This document shows positions 50,474 through 64,000 of a stretch of DNA of 64,000 nucleotides, in pieces. The DNA is from Azolla caroliniana (taxonomy: Eukaryota; Plantae; Polypodiophyta), in contig JBHGNT010000002.1 of NCBI GenBank assembly GCA_043228905.1, positions 27,094,001 through 27,158,000 of the forward strand. Direction: 5' to 3'. The notes below the pieces were generated by a model. The model had not been told where the DNA came from and did not search any database. It saw only the letters and a program-made list of their open reading frames with translations. A program made the translations under genes and the position numbers. The number at the start of each line of letters is the position of its first letter. The first letter of the stretch is position 1.

Positions 50474-51357
50474 CCATGTAGTTAGTGGGTGACCATACTT
50501 CATTGTGACACCCATTGTAAGTAGTGTTGTTCACATACATTTATATTATTAATATCATTGTGTGTTTCCACTGAGAGAGAGAGAGAGAGAGAGCAAATTT
50601 TAGGGTTTAGATAAATGTGATTTGACTTAGAAACAAGAGTACATTACATAGTAGTTAGCTATGTTGCACCTTAGAGTTTGTAAAAATTAAGTTACAAACA
50701 ACACCATTGGAAATGAGTGTTCAACAAACATGGTGGATAACTTCAAGGTACCATTATTACTATATGCATATATACATACATACATATGGGCACTCCAATA
50801 TAAATGGTGTCTAAAACGGTTATTATAGTTAGACACATTATGCAAGTATCTCCAAGTTCACATTGTGTGCATCATTTAATGACATGGGATCTTGCACTTC
50901 ATGGGTTGGATGAAGGCTATATTGCATGAGCTTAGGCATTCATCAAATGCAGGTTTCTTGCTTATGTAGTCTAAAACCCCCTCTTTTAGGACTCGAGTCT
51001 AAAACTCTTGTAGTATACAAATCTACAATTCTGTTTTCCTAACTATCATTATTATGATTTAAAGAGATAGTTTTCTAATTGATGTATAACTCTACAGGTC
51101 ATGATAGTGATCATCACCAACATAGAGAGCAAAATAGCATGGTAAAGCATTTCAAGAAGGGATGGGTTTCACGATGGAGTTCTCTAAGAAAGAAGCCACA
51201 TACACACCCAAAGGATGTATGTAAGCATGTATGCATTTATCATATGTATATATGTTCGAGTGATGGATGTTTGAAATTATGTATGTGGTATGAGCATTGG
51301 ATGGTTGGATATATTTATGAATGATTGATGCCTGTGTGCACACATGTATGGATGTGA

Positions 51358-51397
<40 letters not shown>

Positions 51398-52427
51398 GTA
51401 TGGATGAATAGTTAGGACGTATGTATGTACATACGTATGTAAGTATATAGTTAGGACATATGTATGCACATACATACATATGTATTTATCTATCAAAGGA
51501 CATAAGCTTACATATGTATGTATGTATCATCATACTCAACATGTATGTGTATGTGAGTTTTTGTTGATGTTTATTGCATGCACAGTTGGTTTCACACTCG
51601 AGGCCCAAGTCTCCAAGAAGTCCTTGTAAATTCCAACATCAAATTCAATTGTTAAGTGGGGAAATTAGGTCAATTTCTTACCAAAACAGGAGCTTGAGCA
51701 CCAATGGATCTCCATGGAATTCACAAGCTAATACCCAATATAACTATAGTAGTAGAACTATGCCCTCAATTTGCAAACAAGGGCAATGGATAACAACAGA
51801 TTCTGAATGTAAGTAAAAGTTAACTCTCTCTTAGGTCTTAGTATGAATTGGTTGCTTCTAGAAAAACACTCAAAGAACTTTTATTCTTAGTTAAGACTCA
51901 TAAGCTCTTAAAATGGTCGTTTATATAACATTTTGTTTCTAATTGTGGTGGCAGATGTGGTACTTGAGCTTTGACATGCAAATCAATTTGGATTTTAACT
52001 ATAACCTGTCTAGTTTTGATAAAAGGACCCAACCACGATAACAATACCCTTGTTAGAATGGTGACAACCTACTTTGGATTGATTCCAAGTTGATGAGTAC
52101 TACTTACATTTCAGTTCTTAAATAATTTATTATACAATCACTTGTAACCCTTTATGAAATGATCATAGCCTTAATTCATGTTTTTTAATTTTGAGTAACA
52201 TGGCACAATTCACAAATTCATCAATATTAGTAATGAGTAGTTAAGAAATTAGTTAGAAAATGAGGTGAAAGACGAGGCTATTCATTGGTTCCTAAGTCCA
52301 TAGCAATTGTGCAATGCAAAAGTAGGGCACTTTCTCTCCAATAAGACGTAGGTTTGTGGACCAAAAATAGGCAATGAAGTTATCCAAACAACAATTATGG
52401 CCTATATCTTGAAATACATGTAATCTT

Positions 52428-53275
52428 TTTTTTTTTTTTTTTGAAAAAGATACACCTTAGTAAATTACTTGAGAAATGTACATATAGAAAACAGAGGGAG
52501 ACATTTCATCTCACCTCTATTGTAATACAAAACCTAATACCAACATCTGATGATACAGATGATATCACAATAGGAACAAATGGAACACCATCTACAAGCT
52601 ATGCAATAAAAAAGGAGGAATGGAATAATTCCACTTCATACCAGGAGACGTATCTGAAAATAAGTGAAGCCCTCGCCACCGTTTCTTAAAGTCCACTTGA
52701 CGTTGCCTTTGAGCATCAGTTGTACCCTGCAAATCATCATATTGTCCACGTATGGTGTGGACAAATAACCACCAGAATTCAATAAGCATATTATTGAGAT
52801 GTATGTGGGCATTATTAAAAACAGCATCGCATCTCGTTTTCCATATTGTCCACAGCGCTAGTGACGTAACAGTACGCCAAATAACTAGATTTTCAGTTCT
52901 AAACCGAGGAATAACAGATGGAAATGAAGTGAGATAGATGTACCCATTGGAAAAGTAAAAAACATGAGAAGCATGCATACGTTCGTAATTCATAACATCT
53001 CCATGAAGGACACCCCATAATACTGCACCCCACGAGAAAGTAGAACGAGCATAGTGGTTTCTTAGTAATAAAAACAACTTACTCCAGAATTGCTTGATTT
53101 TGGGACACATCCAAAACAAATGCAAAATAGATTCCGTAGATTCACCACAATGCATTCCACAAGCATATTGCTGATTTTGCCTCAACCAATCACCAACAGG
53201 AAGAGCATAATGTATCAACAACCAACGAAAACAAATAACTTTTTTCGGCAACTGCATACTCCACAACCATTTCCA
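52428..53275 (-). mobile_element. Young 5'-truncated LINE copy (zf-RVT region, 3' UTR, poly(A))
   Basis: 16-bp TSD aaatacatgtaatctt at 52412-52427 and 53276-53291; poly(T) at the left end; open 224-aa ORF with C..C..ESILHLFWMC. Confidence 0.93.
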
Positions 53276-56200
53276 AAATACATGTAATCTTATCTATTTG
53301 TTATACAAATATCCCTTTATATTATATGTTTCATGTATGTAAAAAGACATACAATAACAATAAATAACATGTTTTCTATTGAGCATGTTCTACCAATCCA
53401 ATTATTTTGATTAATTGAATCCCATTGTTTTAATCCACATAAATTTGATTTTTTGTTTTTAGTTTGTTAATTCTTGTAAAATGCCTCAAAAAAATATTAA
53501 CCATTCCCTCTTAGTGAATACATATTGTTAGTAGTTACATAAAAACAATGTGGATCGTCTACAAGTTCAATATGTTATCATGGGTTGTTTTGCGTCTACT
53601 CCGAACAAGGAAATTTTCAAAAGCCCACAAAAAGAAATACCCAATTTAAGAAATAACAAAGACAAAATCTAATCAAACCTGGAAACAACACACTATATGC
53701 TAAACCATGATGTGAAAGCTTGCCTTAGACATTCTTAATATATTCATGTCTCTAGTTACGGGCATTCTGGTGTGTTTATGGTTTAGATTTTAAGTTTTTT
53801 ATCATGCAAAAAAGAAATTTGCTCTTAAAAGTGGCTTTGACTTTGCAAATTTACAATGCTTGAAAATCAAATCTAAGAAAATGCACAATTGGAAATCCAA
53901 ATCTTTGAATTAAAGGTCACAAGTTCTCACAACTATTCATATATTTCTACAAACACCAACAATTTGAAATATAGGAGAAGGTGAAAAAAACAATGAGCCT
54001 TATTTGATGAATGGATCTTTTTTCACAATGTTTTGCCTTCAATTCAATGTTGATTGTTGATATCATGTACTTAAATAATTTTCCAAGAATGCATGCATCA
54101 CAACTAATTAATAGCTTGACAAGTTGATGTTGTATACTTAAAATGTACATCACAAGTAAGGATTTAAGGTTCGAGTTTATGTTACCTAATGATTATTAAC
54201 AACAAAAAATGTCACACCTCAACATTCAAATTCAATGAGATTATGACAGATCAAGAATTTAACAATAGACAAATTATGGCAACTCAAAAAATTTAGAATT
54301 TCAAAGTAACACACATTACAAGCCCAAGTCAACATAGAATGGGGGGCTTGAAATGAATTGTTAGACGAGAAGTGTCAAATAACTTTCATTTTTCCTCGTG
54401 ATCTAATTGCATGTCACATTTTCCTTCCATCTGTCACATCTCATTAAATATATGAGGTTTGAAATTTGCACAACATCGAGCTTTAAAAATTAATCCTGAG
54501 TTTCCCTCTCTTCCTCAATTTAGAGACACAAATGTGATGTGATGTCATTTTCTTTTATGTGGATAATGTTGCATTGTCGCGGATAAATGAAAACTTCTTA
54601 ATAATGCAAAGGTGATAACAATTAGGTGTATGCTTTTTTAATTTTGCATCTATCCCTTACTCTATAGTGATTTGTTTATCATTGGAAAAATTGATGTGAT
54701 ATCTAATCGATGATAATTTTGTTTGGGAGTAAGAGCTTAAACCATTTGGGAATCTAAACTGAACTGAACAAAACTAGTTAAGCCCTTAAGCCACGATTTC
54801 ATGGCTCAGTTCAAGTCGATTGCATGATATCCATCACTTGGCCATGACCTTCTGTAATATGCCAAGGTCGTATGATCATGTTGTCCTTGTCTATCCATTT
54901 CACCAAACTGTGATGTATTATTACCTAAACAAGCTAAGGTGTCTTTTACAAGATGGTCTATTGTTGGGTGTAAAGGCCCAAGGACTCCCACTATGCTCTA
55001 AGTCATTTGATGCATTTGAAAGTAACCACAATAATTTAACCACACGACCAAAGGGGCTTATTATTGTATAAAGACGAAAACCCTAATGAGAAAAAAGTGA
55101 GATGGATTACTTCAAAATCTTCATAGTTCTATCCCAACCCTAGCTACTTCTCTCGTATCTAGCCATCTAGAATTCCCTTTGAGGCAAGGAGTCATTGAAT
55201 TCTCTTTCAATTACACCACTCAACTTTCTCATCATAAATGTGTTTGTCAATACAAATCACTTTGTGAAGCTTGCAAATGTGAATGAACATATGCACCCTT
55301 CAAGCTTCTAAAAGTTAAAGGTAGTTACATTTCTCCCCTCGAGATGTAATTGCATTACAATAAAACATCAACAAATAGAATATATATTGTAATGCAAACA
55401 CATTGAAGTAAACAAGTTAATTTCAAATTCATAATCACAATCCATGATTTGATTCATCATCAATTCCATGTTCAAGATACATCCTAAGAAATAGAATCGA
55501 AATTGCATTATGCTCAAACCCATCTTGCCACCAACTGCCAACTATCTCAATCTCAATCTTACTCTCAATCTCTCCTCTCTTTGGATCCCAAAATATGTAG
55601 GTTTATTAATACCGTTTACTATATATTATCAATAATCTCATCATAATGTAAATGTTGACATAATGTAATCCATGCTTTACAAGGTCACATGCAAGTTCTC
55701 CAATTGTTCATGAACCTAGAATGGACCACAAAAATCAAGATTCCATTTGGGTTTGCCTCTCACTTGATGGTTGGGCACCTTCAAAAAGCCCACAGCACCC
55801 TACTTTCAATTACACTCAAGAACTCTCACAAATGTATTGGCATCTTCTCTATTGACATTATTTGGAGACATTTGTAGCATGTCTACTACATGTAGATGTG
55901 GTTGAAAATCATAAGAAATTATTGTTAGCAATAGAATGGGAAAACCCTACGTCACAATGTTTAACAAATATTGTGAGAAAACCCTATATCACAATGTTTA
56001 GTAACATTTTCAGCAAATCCTATATCGTAATGTCTAACAACATTGTGAGCAAACCCAACATCACATAGTGTAACAATTTTCTCATCAAGTTCTAACAAAA
56101 AAGTACAAAAATCCCAATTTGTTTATGAATAACATATGCATCAAACATGTACTTCAGTTTACCCATTTGTTGACATGTAATTTCTTTTAGGCTTGAGGGT

Positions 56201-56674
56201 GTGAATCATTTCGTTGAGGGTCTTCCATCTTTTCAAATACATTTTCTCAGGAAAGATGGAAGAGATTTGTATATGCATACACTTCAAAGAAGAAAGCAAA
56301 AAACACATTTCATTGAGGTGAAACAACCTATCTCTTGTAATTTTTTCCTTAGGAACCAATACAAAACTAGGTGACCAAAAAAATTAACCAGAAATTCATA
56401 CTCTGTGCAGCATTGCTGCAGAATTGTTTGTGTTTAAAGTGACAACTGTCCCTTGAAAGAAATTCTTTAGGGACACTTTATATTACAACAAATGAAATAG
56501 ATTTTTTTTTAGGAGGGCAAATAAATTTTGAATCAGATGACATTCATAATACTAATGCTAACAATAATAATAATTAATATGTATGGAAGCTCTGAATGGA
56601 GTAAAAATATCTGCAAGCACAAGTAAACTTGCCTGTACACTACTTTGCCTTTGTCATGAAGAGTTTGTATTTTA

Positions 56675-59600
56675 TTATATGTTCAATGGCTCTGACTCTG
56701 GATAACCTTCCTTGTCATTAAGTTCTGTCACTAAACAAAAAACCAGAGAATCTTCAATCTACTGATTGGTATTTGGAAAAGAGAAAACATTTAACCAGAA
56801 TGTCAACAATAGAACTCTGATTTCAATTTGTTGATATGATTCACCGGTACAACACAATATTGGAGTTATTTATTTCTTTAACTTCCAAAACTTGTAGATG
56901 ATTCCAAATATTGCACACTACAATTACACTAATCAATCCCCATTCTTTTTCCGCACATTGGTAAATACACGTGTAGGAGGAATTGTTATAGTGGGGTAAC
57001 TTTACCTGGTTTGGATTTCTCAGCAGCAATCATGAATTTATTCTGAAGAAAAGATGCCAAGATGAGGAATACTGAACACATCCCAAACATTACTGTTATT
57101 GGAAATGCATTAACCTGAAATAACCACAGTTTAATCAGATAAGAGAAACTTATAAAGGATAATCTAATAGAAGAACGTGCCACCTTTCAAAAATCCCATT
57201 GAATTTGTAACTTCCCACTGTAAAAATATTTACGAGGGAAACTCCAAAAAGTCCCCAAGCTCTTTGTTTCCCCAAATACCCCTAAATTTTCATTATTTCA
57301 CAAAATGCCCTTAATCAACCCCCTTTTTTCAATCATATGTGCTATTTGGGTAAGTACATGATTTAATTCATCTCCATCTCAATTATATGTTTTGTTTGAG
57401 CTACTATATAGTCAATTTGTCATTTTTCTCTATTTTAGGAATTGAACATCGGCATTTGGAGAAATACACAAATCTGAAAAACTCAGGGGTATTTCAAGTT
57501 TTTTGCTATTTATAAACATTGTTGAATCTGACAATTATATCAATTTTCTACTGAGTTCTCAAGGCTTTGAAGTATTTCTTGAAATTTCTTGGCATGAAAC
57601 AGAAACTCGACTGATTAGAGAAGGAAGAAGACGTTACATTTTCCAATTGGCTAAGCAACTTACATTGTAGAGGACAACGCAGACAAAAATGTTGACAGGG
57701 ATCCTGAAGAAGTTTAAAATGGTACTTCTGGACCCCTCTGGGACATACTGAGATCTCAATTTCATGATGGATGGCCAGAATACACCCACACATGTTTCGA
57801 ACACACAAAAGGCAAAAAGCTGAACTTTTCCAGAAAATTTCATGCTCCCACCTGTTGCCCCTGAAGTTGTTGTAAAGAACTAATGGAAAAAACCACAATT
57901 TTATATCAGTGGTCAAAAAACTATGTTTCAATATCAATTTTCCATTGGAAAATCACGATGAAGTAAACATTCACGACTCACATTAATCACAACAGGCGAG
58001 AAAAGCGTCACTGAAGAGATCAAAAAGACTATTTGCATGTATTTTTCAACCTTAAGCGACGACCTTGCCATGAGCCGTGAAGCTAGGGAGCTTCCAATCA
58101 TAGAAGATAACATAAATATAGCAAAAATGAATCCATGAGGTATCTCTTCATCATTTGGACTGAGGGCTGGTGTCCACAAGAAAACAAAGGTGTACATTGA
58201 ACCCTCAAACAAGGATTGTATTGCTCCAAGCAAAGCTATCTTCTCATCTGCTCTTCACAAACAACACAACTTATCTGCTTGAATATCCAGATATCATGGC
58301 ATTTGAATATACTGATTTCATAAAATAAACGAGATTATCTTATACATCAAAAATAAATTCAATTTCAATGTTACTAACAGCCATGTAAATAGAATGATCA
58401 ACGAGATTATCTTTATACATCAAAAACAATTTCAATTTCTATGTTAGTAACAGTCATGTAAATAGAATGGACGTCCATAAGATCATCTAATTATGGATTA
58501 AGAATATGACGATGATGATATTATGGTAAATGATATGCATTGCTTTAGATTTGCAGGTTTAAATGTAAAGAAATAGATAAAATGTTACATTCATTGTAAA
58601 ACTGTCCAATTGTAAAACTGTCCAGGGTTTCTCCAATATAAATGTCTTTACGAATCTACTTTTCACAGCCCAAGGGATGAAGGCAGAAGTATTGGCTTAT
58701 GGCCCGCTGGCCTGGGCAATGGTAACAAGCTAATCATAAAGGGAAGAAAGGTAAATTACCAGATGCAATCGCGGATGCTGCAGTTTTAAACTGGTGCAAG
58801 AGATTCTTGTTATCAGAGGCATCACCATAATTCTCTGACCATGTATATACGATGATAGCCATACCCACTGCAAGTACACAGGAAGCGGCATCAAAAGGAG
58901 ACACAGGTCCAAGAGAGAGCGTCTCAGCTAGAAAATTGGCGAACAATCCTGACAAAATGGCTATGAGTCCATTGCCAAAAAACACTGCTTTTGAGAAGGT
59001 CATAGATAACCATTGGGCTTCAAATCCCCTCTGTCAAAACAATGAAACTAAAGTCACAAAAAATGGCAACCTCTGGGGGAGGGATTAGTTTTTAGCGAAA
59101 AAATCTGTACCACACATCTCAAATTTCCTTATGTTCATGGTTTACCTTGAAATGTTCCGCAACTAACCAAGATTCAAAAGCTGAGAACAACAATGACGTT
59201 GCAATTCCACCCAATATGCGGCCCAACATTAACACCTTATACTGAGGAGAATGTTTAGTCATGCAACTGAGAATATATGTTATACAGTACATAATGCTTG
59301 CCCGCTTACGCCCACTGTTGATAAGACAATTTAAACATAGTGTCACTAAATCCTGTTTTAGCAATGCATTATATTGCACTCAAAGTGGAGAAAACAGACA
59401 AAAAATATTTGCATAAATATGCCCATCAAAATCATGAGACTGACAGGCATAATAAACATAAAGGAACCATCAGAGGGAGAGTTAAATAAAGGATGCAGAT
59501 CACATGTCAACTGCAGACAGGAAAAAATTGGTAATGAATTAACAAATCCAGTATTATCAGATTAATCCTTTTGAACTCACTATTTATCACCAAGTGAACC

Positions 59601-62226
59601 CACAAAGGTACCAAATACCATCGATGAACCAAAACCAGCAATGAAGAGCCTTCCAATGTCACCCTTGTCAAATCCATATTGTGTGTACAGAAAATAAACA
59701 TAAGGACCTTGTAACCAATCTCCCGCTGCAAAGACAAAATATTTATTGGCAAAGTTTTGTTAATTGAAGGCCATTAAAAGTTGAAAATGCATAAAACTAT
59801 AATTTTGATCTTTCTAACAGTTAACAGCTAGCATCACATAGTTGAAACTGAATCCAGAATGCAAGATTGCAGATTGTCCATATTTTAACCATTAACATAT
59901 AGAGAAAACTTTCCTACAACAATTTAGATTTAATCGCCACTTTTCTGAGTAAATAACAAGATGTAAGGCTTACATTTCCTACCCAAACAATCATAAGCTC
60001 AAATCCTCCATCAATCATATAGAAAAACATTTGTTTGTTAAAACTTTGTATTAAGCTGTATTAAAACTTCATGAACAATAAAAAGCATCCACATGCTCAA
60101 ATAAATGTACGCACTGCAGAAAGTAAATCAGAAGTGTCTTGTATTCTTCTTCAAACAATGTGTCAGCTTAGCACTGGGTTAACTAATGCTTCAAACCTTT
60201 GCTACTCATGGTTTTTTTCATCAGAGAAGCTCAGATCTATTTTTATCTTAACACTAAGATTCATTTTTACTCCTACCAAATACTAGGAACGAGCATAGAT
60301 TTATTTTTCTACAAATAGTAAGATCAAACATGTGTAGCTGTCATCAAGGTTAACATTCTAAGCACATCTGAACCAAGCTTCCAACCTTTGCATCAAGGAG
60401 ACTAAGATATTTTTTTTCCCCGACAAAAGATTGTCTTTTGAGGATAGCCTTTGCATAAGATCGAAATAGTTATAGCCATAATAGAGGTTGACACTCTAAA
60501 AAGAGCTGAATCCAATTCATGCACGGCATGTAAAACAGAAGTCCACTGTGATCTCACATAAAATCTTGAAAACCTAGGATGAAATCTGGAAAAATATACA
60601 GTTAGACAAAAGAAAACTGAGATTGAAGAGATAAACGCCTCGCAATGCATGTTTGACAACCAATAAAAGCAAACAATGATGATGGGATGTGTCCACAATG
60701 TACAACTAATAGTTCGAATTTCAGCTAAGGTTCAGAAAAGCAAACACTAGATCGTCATTTCAATCATTCAAGTTGATGTTTAGCTTAGGCCTTAAAAAAA
60801 GGAAGCTTAAAGGACTTCTTCCATTTTTACGTTTAGAATTTTAGCTAAGGTCCAGAAAAACAAAGATTAAATCCTGGTTTTCAAACTTAATGGAATAACA
60901 TAGGAATTGAACCATTACAGAATTGGCATTTTAGAACCCTGTAATGTTGTGAAGAAATTTCTTGAATCCAAGGTTATATAATTAAGCATTCGTGAAAGTG
61001 ACTTTAGAGAAAACAATGATCTCAAAGTCTTGACAAGAAAAAGAAGCCCACAGAACTGACACGATGATACAACATAAGCCCACAGAGATTCTCTTATAAG
61101 AAAAAGAAGGTAAAACTAGAATAAGAAACAATGAAAGATGTAATGTAATCATCTCAACAGAAATTTTGGAAACATTATGGAATATGATGAAAAAGGTTGA
61201 AGATGAGAGGTCTGATGCATAATTCAACAGAAATTTCACATACATTATTGAAGAAGAAGAAAACAAACGTTGAAGAAGAAAGAATGAGAAAGTGGATGTA
61301 TTATTTGATAGAATTTCGCACGGATTCTTGAGAAAGAAGGATAAAAGTTGAAGAAGAAAGCAAATACTTTATAATGAGTTTCAAGCATTGAGGAGGAATG
61401 AAAGGAATTCGATGCAGCAAGTCAAAAGAAATGTGCATAAACGTGCTTGAAAAAGGAAAGGAAAACAACAAAGAACTAGAAAGATTGAATGGTTCTAATG
61501 CAATAATGCTGGATGAATTCACAGAATGAAGTTGAGAAAGAAAAGGATCCGATACAACAGAATTAAGTCCACATACATTATTTGACAAAAGAAAGAAAGG
61601 CAATCATACTTTGAAGTAGAAGAACGAGAATGACAGCATGGGAACGAATGAATGGATGGATGAAAGCATCTGATATTGCAACAGTAATTTTCTATACATT
61701 CTTTACAAAAAGAAGACCAGCACTAAAGAAGAACGAAGAATGAGAGGTCTAAGACTATTACGTTCAAGATCTTGAAAGTTGGGAAAGGAAATAGCGAAAC
61801 AATTACTGAAAAAAGAAAGAAGAAAGGGATGTATTATAAATCGTCTTTGAGGAAAGACATTAGAGCTTGAATAGTGAGAAGAGAGCTATAAATTGAAGCA
61901 CGCTTGACAGAAACATAGGTTGAGGAAAGAGAATATGAGAAAGGGTCAAAGCCATCGCCATATTTATTGAAGAAAGAAAGGGCAATCAGAGAATATTGAA
62001 GGAAGTTCAGAGATCAGCATACCCATCATAAGGCACAATCAGAGAATATTGAAGGAAGTTCAGAGATCAGCATACCCATCATAAGGCAATAAACGAAGAG
62101 ATAGTTGTTCTTGAAGGAAGAGAAAGCAGAGCTAGTGATGAATCGATCCTTGTTGTTCTTGCCAAGCTCCACAGAACCAAGAAGGAGAAGAAGAAGGATG
62201 AAGAATGCAACGTAGAAGATCTCCAT
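56675..62226 (-). CDS. MOT2: Molybdate-anion transporter (MOT2/MFSD5, MFS_5 family), 460 aa
   Basis: Exons 62076-62226, 59581-59725, 59146-59314, 58760-59030, 57982-58247, 57664-57879, 57006-57114, 56675-56730. Motifs: FKNNYLFVY.LMMAGDWLQGPY, GRILGGIATSLLFSAFESWLVAEH, QSLFEGSMYTFVFLWTPAL, RSTILNFFRIP, EPLNI*. Confidence 0.95.
57236..57506. mobile_element. Mutator-like MITE in MOT2 intron 6
   Basis: Degenerate TIRs (gggaaact..ccaaatacccct / ggggtatttcaagttttttgc). Flanks tatttacga / tatttataa match 7 of 9. Confidence 0.6.
58328..58470. repeat. ~72-bp tandem duplication in MOT2 intron 4
   Basis: aacgagattatct..atacatcaaaaa...catgtaaatagaatg occurs twice. Confidence 0.85.
61983..62088. repeat. 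Perfect 53-bp tandem duplication spanning the MOT2 exon-1 donor
   Basis: caatcagagaatattgaaggaagttcagagatcagcatacccatcataaggca at 61983-62035 and 62036-62088. Confidence 0.95.
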
Positions 62227-62251
62227 AGCTCAGAGCTCTCTTCACTGGGCC

Positions 62252-62289
<38 letters not shown>

Positions 62290-62439
62290 GACAGATATGG
62301 CGTTGTGTGTGTAGTCTGTATGTAATTATGTACATAAACAAATATCTCTCTGCTCAGAAGGAGCAGCAGCAGAGCGGAGCGGAGCACTCTGCAAACTCTT
62401 TTCACCCACAACAACAAAAAAAGACTCTCTACTCTATAC

Positions 62440-62770
62440 TATATACACATACATCCCATACATACATACATACATACATACATGCATACATCCCATACAT
62501 ACATACATGCATGCATACATCCCATACATACATACATGCATGCATACATCCCATACACACATACATCCCATACACACATACATACATACATACATACATA
62601 CATGCATACATCCCATACACACATACATACATACATACATCCCATACACACATATATACATACATACATCCCATACACATATACATACATACATCCCATA
62701 CATACATACACACATACCACATGCATAGATTCATACAATCGTTCATTCATCCATACATACTTACATACAT
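62440..62770. repeat. Compound (CATA)n / CATCCCATA satellite upstream of MOT2
   Basis: Degenerate CATA tetramers punctuated by catcccatac. This repeat produces the many spurious overlapping ORFs here. Confidence 0.95.
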
Positions 62771-64000
62771 ATACTCTCTGTGTGTAAATCCATGCATTGT
62801 GTTCACGCATTCGATCACCCGCCCAACAAACGGCTCAACGTTATGTCCGAAATTTGTGTTGCTGAAGTGGCTTCGTGTCCATTGTCTCTCATCATCATCA
62901 ATCTTGTTAGACGCCGGCCGGACTAAACACATTTGTTGTTGCGCCTACATCTAGGATCGTGCGGGAAATGTTCTTCTACCCATGTGAAACAAATTGTACG
63001 AATCGACTCCTTAGTCTCTACATGATGTTTGATGTTGTTTTGTTTCGCGATGCATTCTTTTTTCATACATGACTTTATACTATTATAAGACAGCGAAGGA
63101 AAGTGTCCTTGTAGAGACCAAGTAATGGTGATGGGAGTGTCAACCCTTGAGGTTGTTAAATAAATGTGTGAGCTCATATTTTTATGAGAAAGAAGTGTTA
63201 GCGGGCCACACTTAAAAAGGAGAAAAGTATTAATGAAGTAAGTGACAATCCTTAAATGTTGTGATAGATCTACAGAATAAATATGATCCCAAAGTATTCA
63301 GATAATGCTACACGTTCAATGCAATTCTTAGAGTGGGATCAATAATGAAAATCCTAAGAGATGCATGTGATGATGTGGATTTTCAAGGTGTAAACCTCAG
63401 AAAATAATTTCATCATCTCAAGCTTTATAATATTGAAAACTTGTTAGATGTCTACTTATATGAACAAAGAACTAGGAAACAAACTCCTTTTCTCAGTACA
63501 AATATTCATGGAAAGAAGCCCAACTTCTTAATATTAATGGAAGATTTCCGAGATCCAAAGATGGATTAGGATGTGGCAACTAATTGCTAGACTAGTGAAG
63601 AGGAGAAAGACGACAAATAGAAGACACCAACCTCTCATCGACCGGCGTAGAGTGTGGAACCTTTAATGATTGCACCATATTATTCACATCATTAGTATTG
63701 CCTTCCCTCACTCTTTTGACTATTAATATTGTATCCCATTTGTTGGGTCCACTACATAGGCATTGCGACATTATAAAAAAATTTGGACAAAGTATTTGAA
63801 TAACCTTACCTGTCATTGTGAGAGGGAGCATGTTTGAGTACACCATAGTAGAGGACTATTGAAGAATAGAAATAAGAAGTCGGAGATTGAATTATTTTAT
63901 CTCCAAATATCCATTTCATTATTATCTCCTTCTCTCTCTAGAGTTTGAGTGCACATTGTATATGTTGGCCCACTTGGCAATTCACATTACCGACATATCT

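Noticed and set aside
60982-61980. Hydrophobic minus-strand ORFs in MOT2 intron 1
   Set aside because: Explained by pyrimidine-rich low-complexity intron sequence with no family motifs.
62307-62954. Multiple long His/Thr/Tyr- and Cys/Met/Val-rich ORFs; CRISPR-like periodicity
   Set aside because: Translations of a stop-free (CATA)n satellite with no unique spacers, in a eukaryotic context.

Overview
AT-rich, intron-containing land-plant nuclear DNA. A fern or other seed-free plant is suggested by the long PLS-PPR and the microsatellite-rich genes, but this is inference. I reconstructed six spliced or intronless gene models by hand with GT-AG introns and consistent phases: a short CLUAP1/IFT38-like coiled-coil gene (-), a Pti1-like RLCK with a broken catalytic loop (HRD->HNE) (+), PDCD2-like/TSR4 (-), a 953-aa PLS-type PPR (+), an FBH/AKS-type bHLH (-) and a MOT2/MFSD5 molybdate transporter (-). 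An intronless 275-aa orphan ORF (6912-7739) has a core resembling a bacterial HicB antitoxin domain and is the most unusual coding feature. Intergenic DNA is transposon-rich. It includes a TSD-bounded L1-like LINE (43930-49362) carrying four nested insertions. One of these is a Pack-MULE whose inverted arms match a ~207-bp MITE that also occurs alone with its own 9-bp TSD at 24706-24912. Two genes carry tandem duplications of an exon 3' end plus splice donor. All homology calls come from motif recognition by eye; no searches were run.
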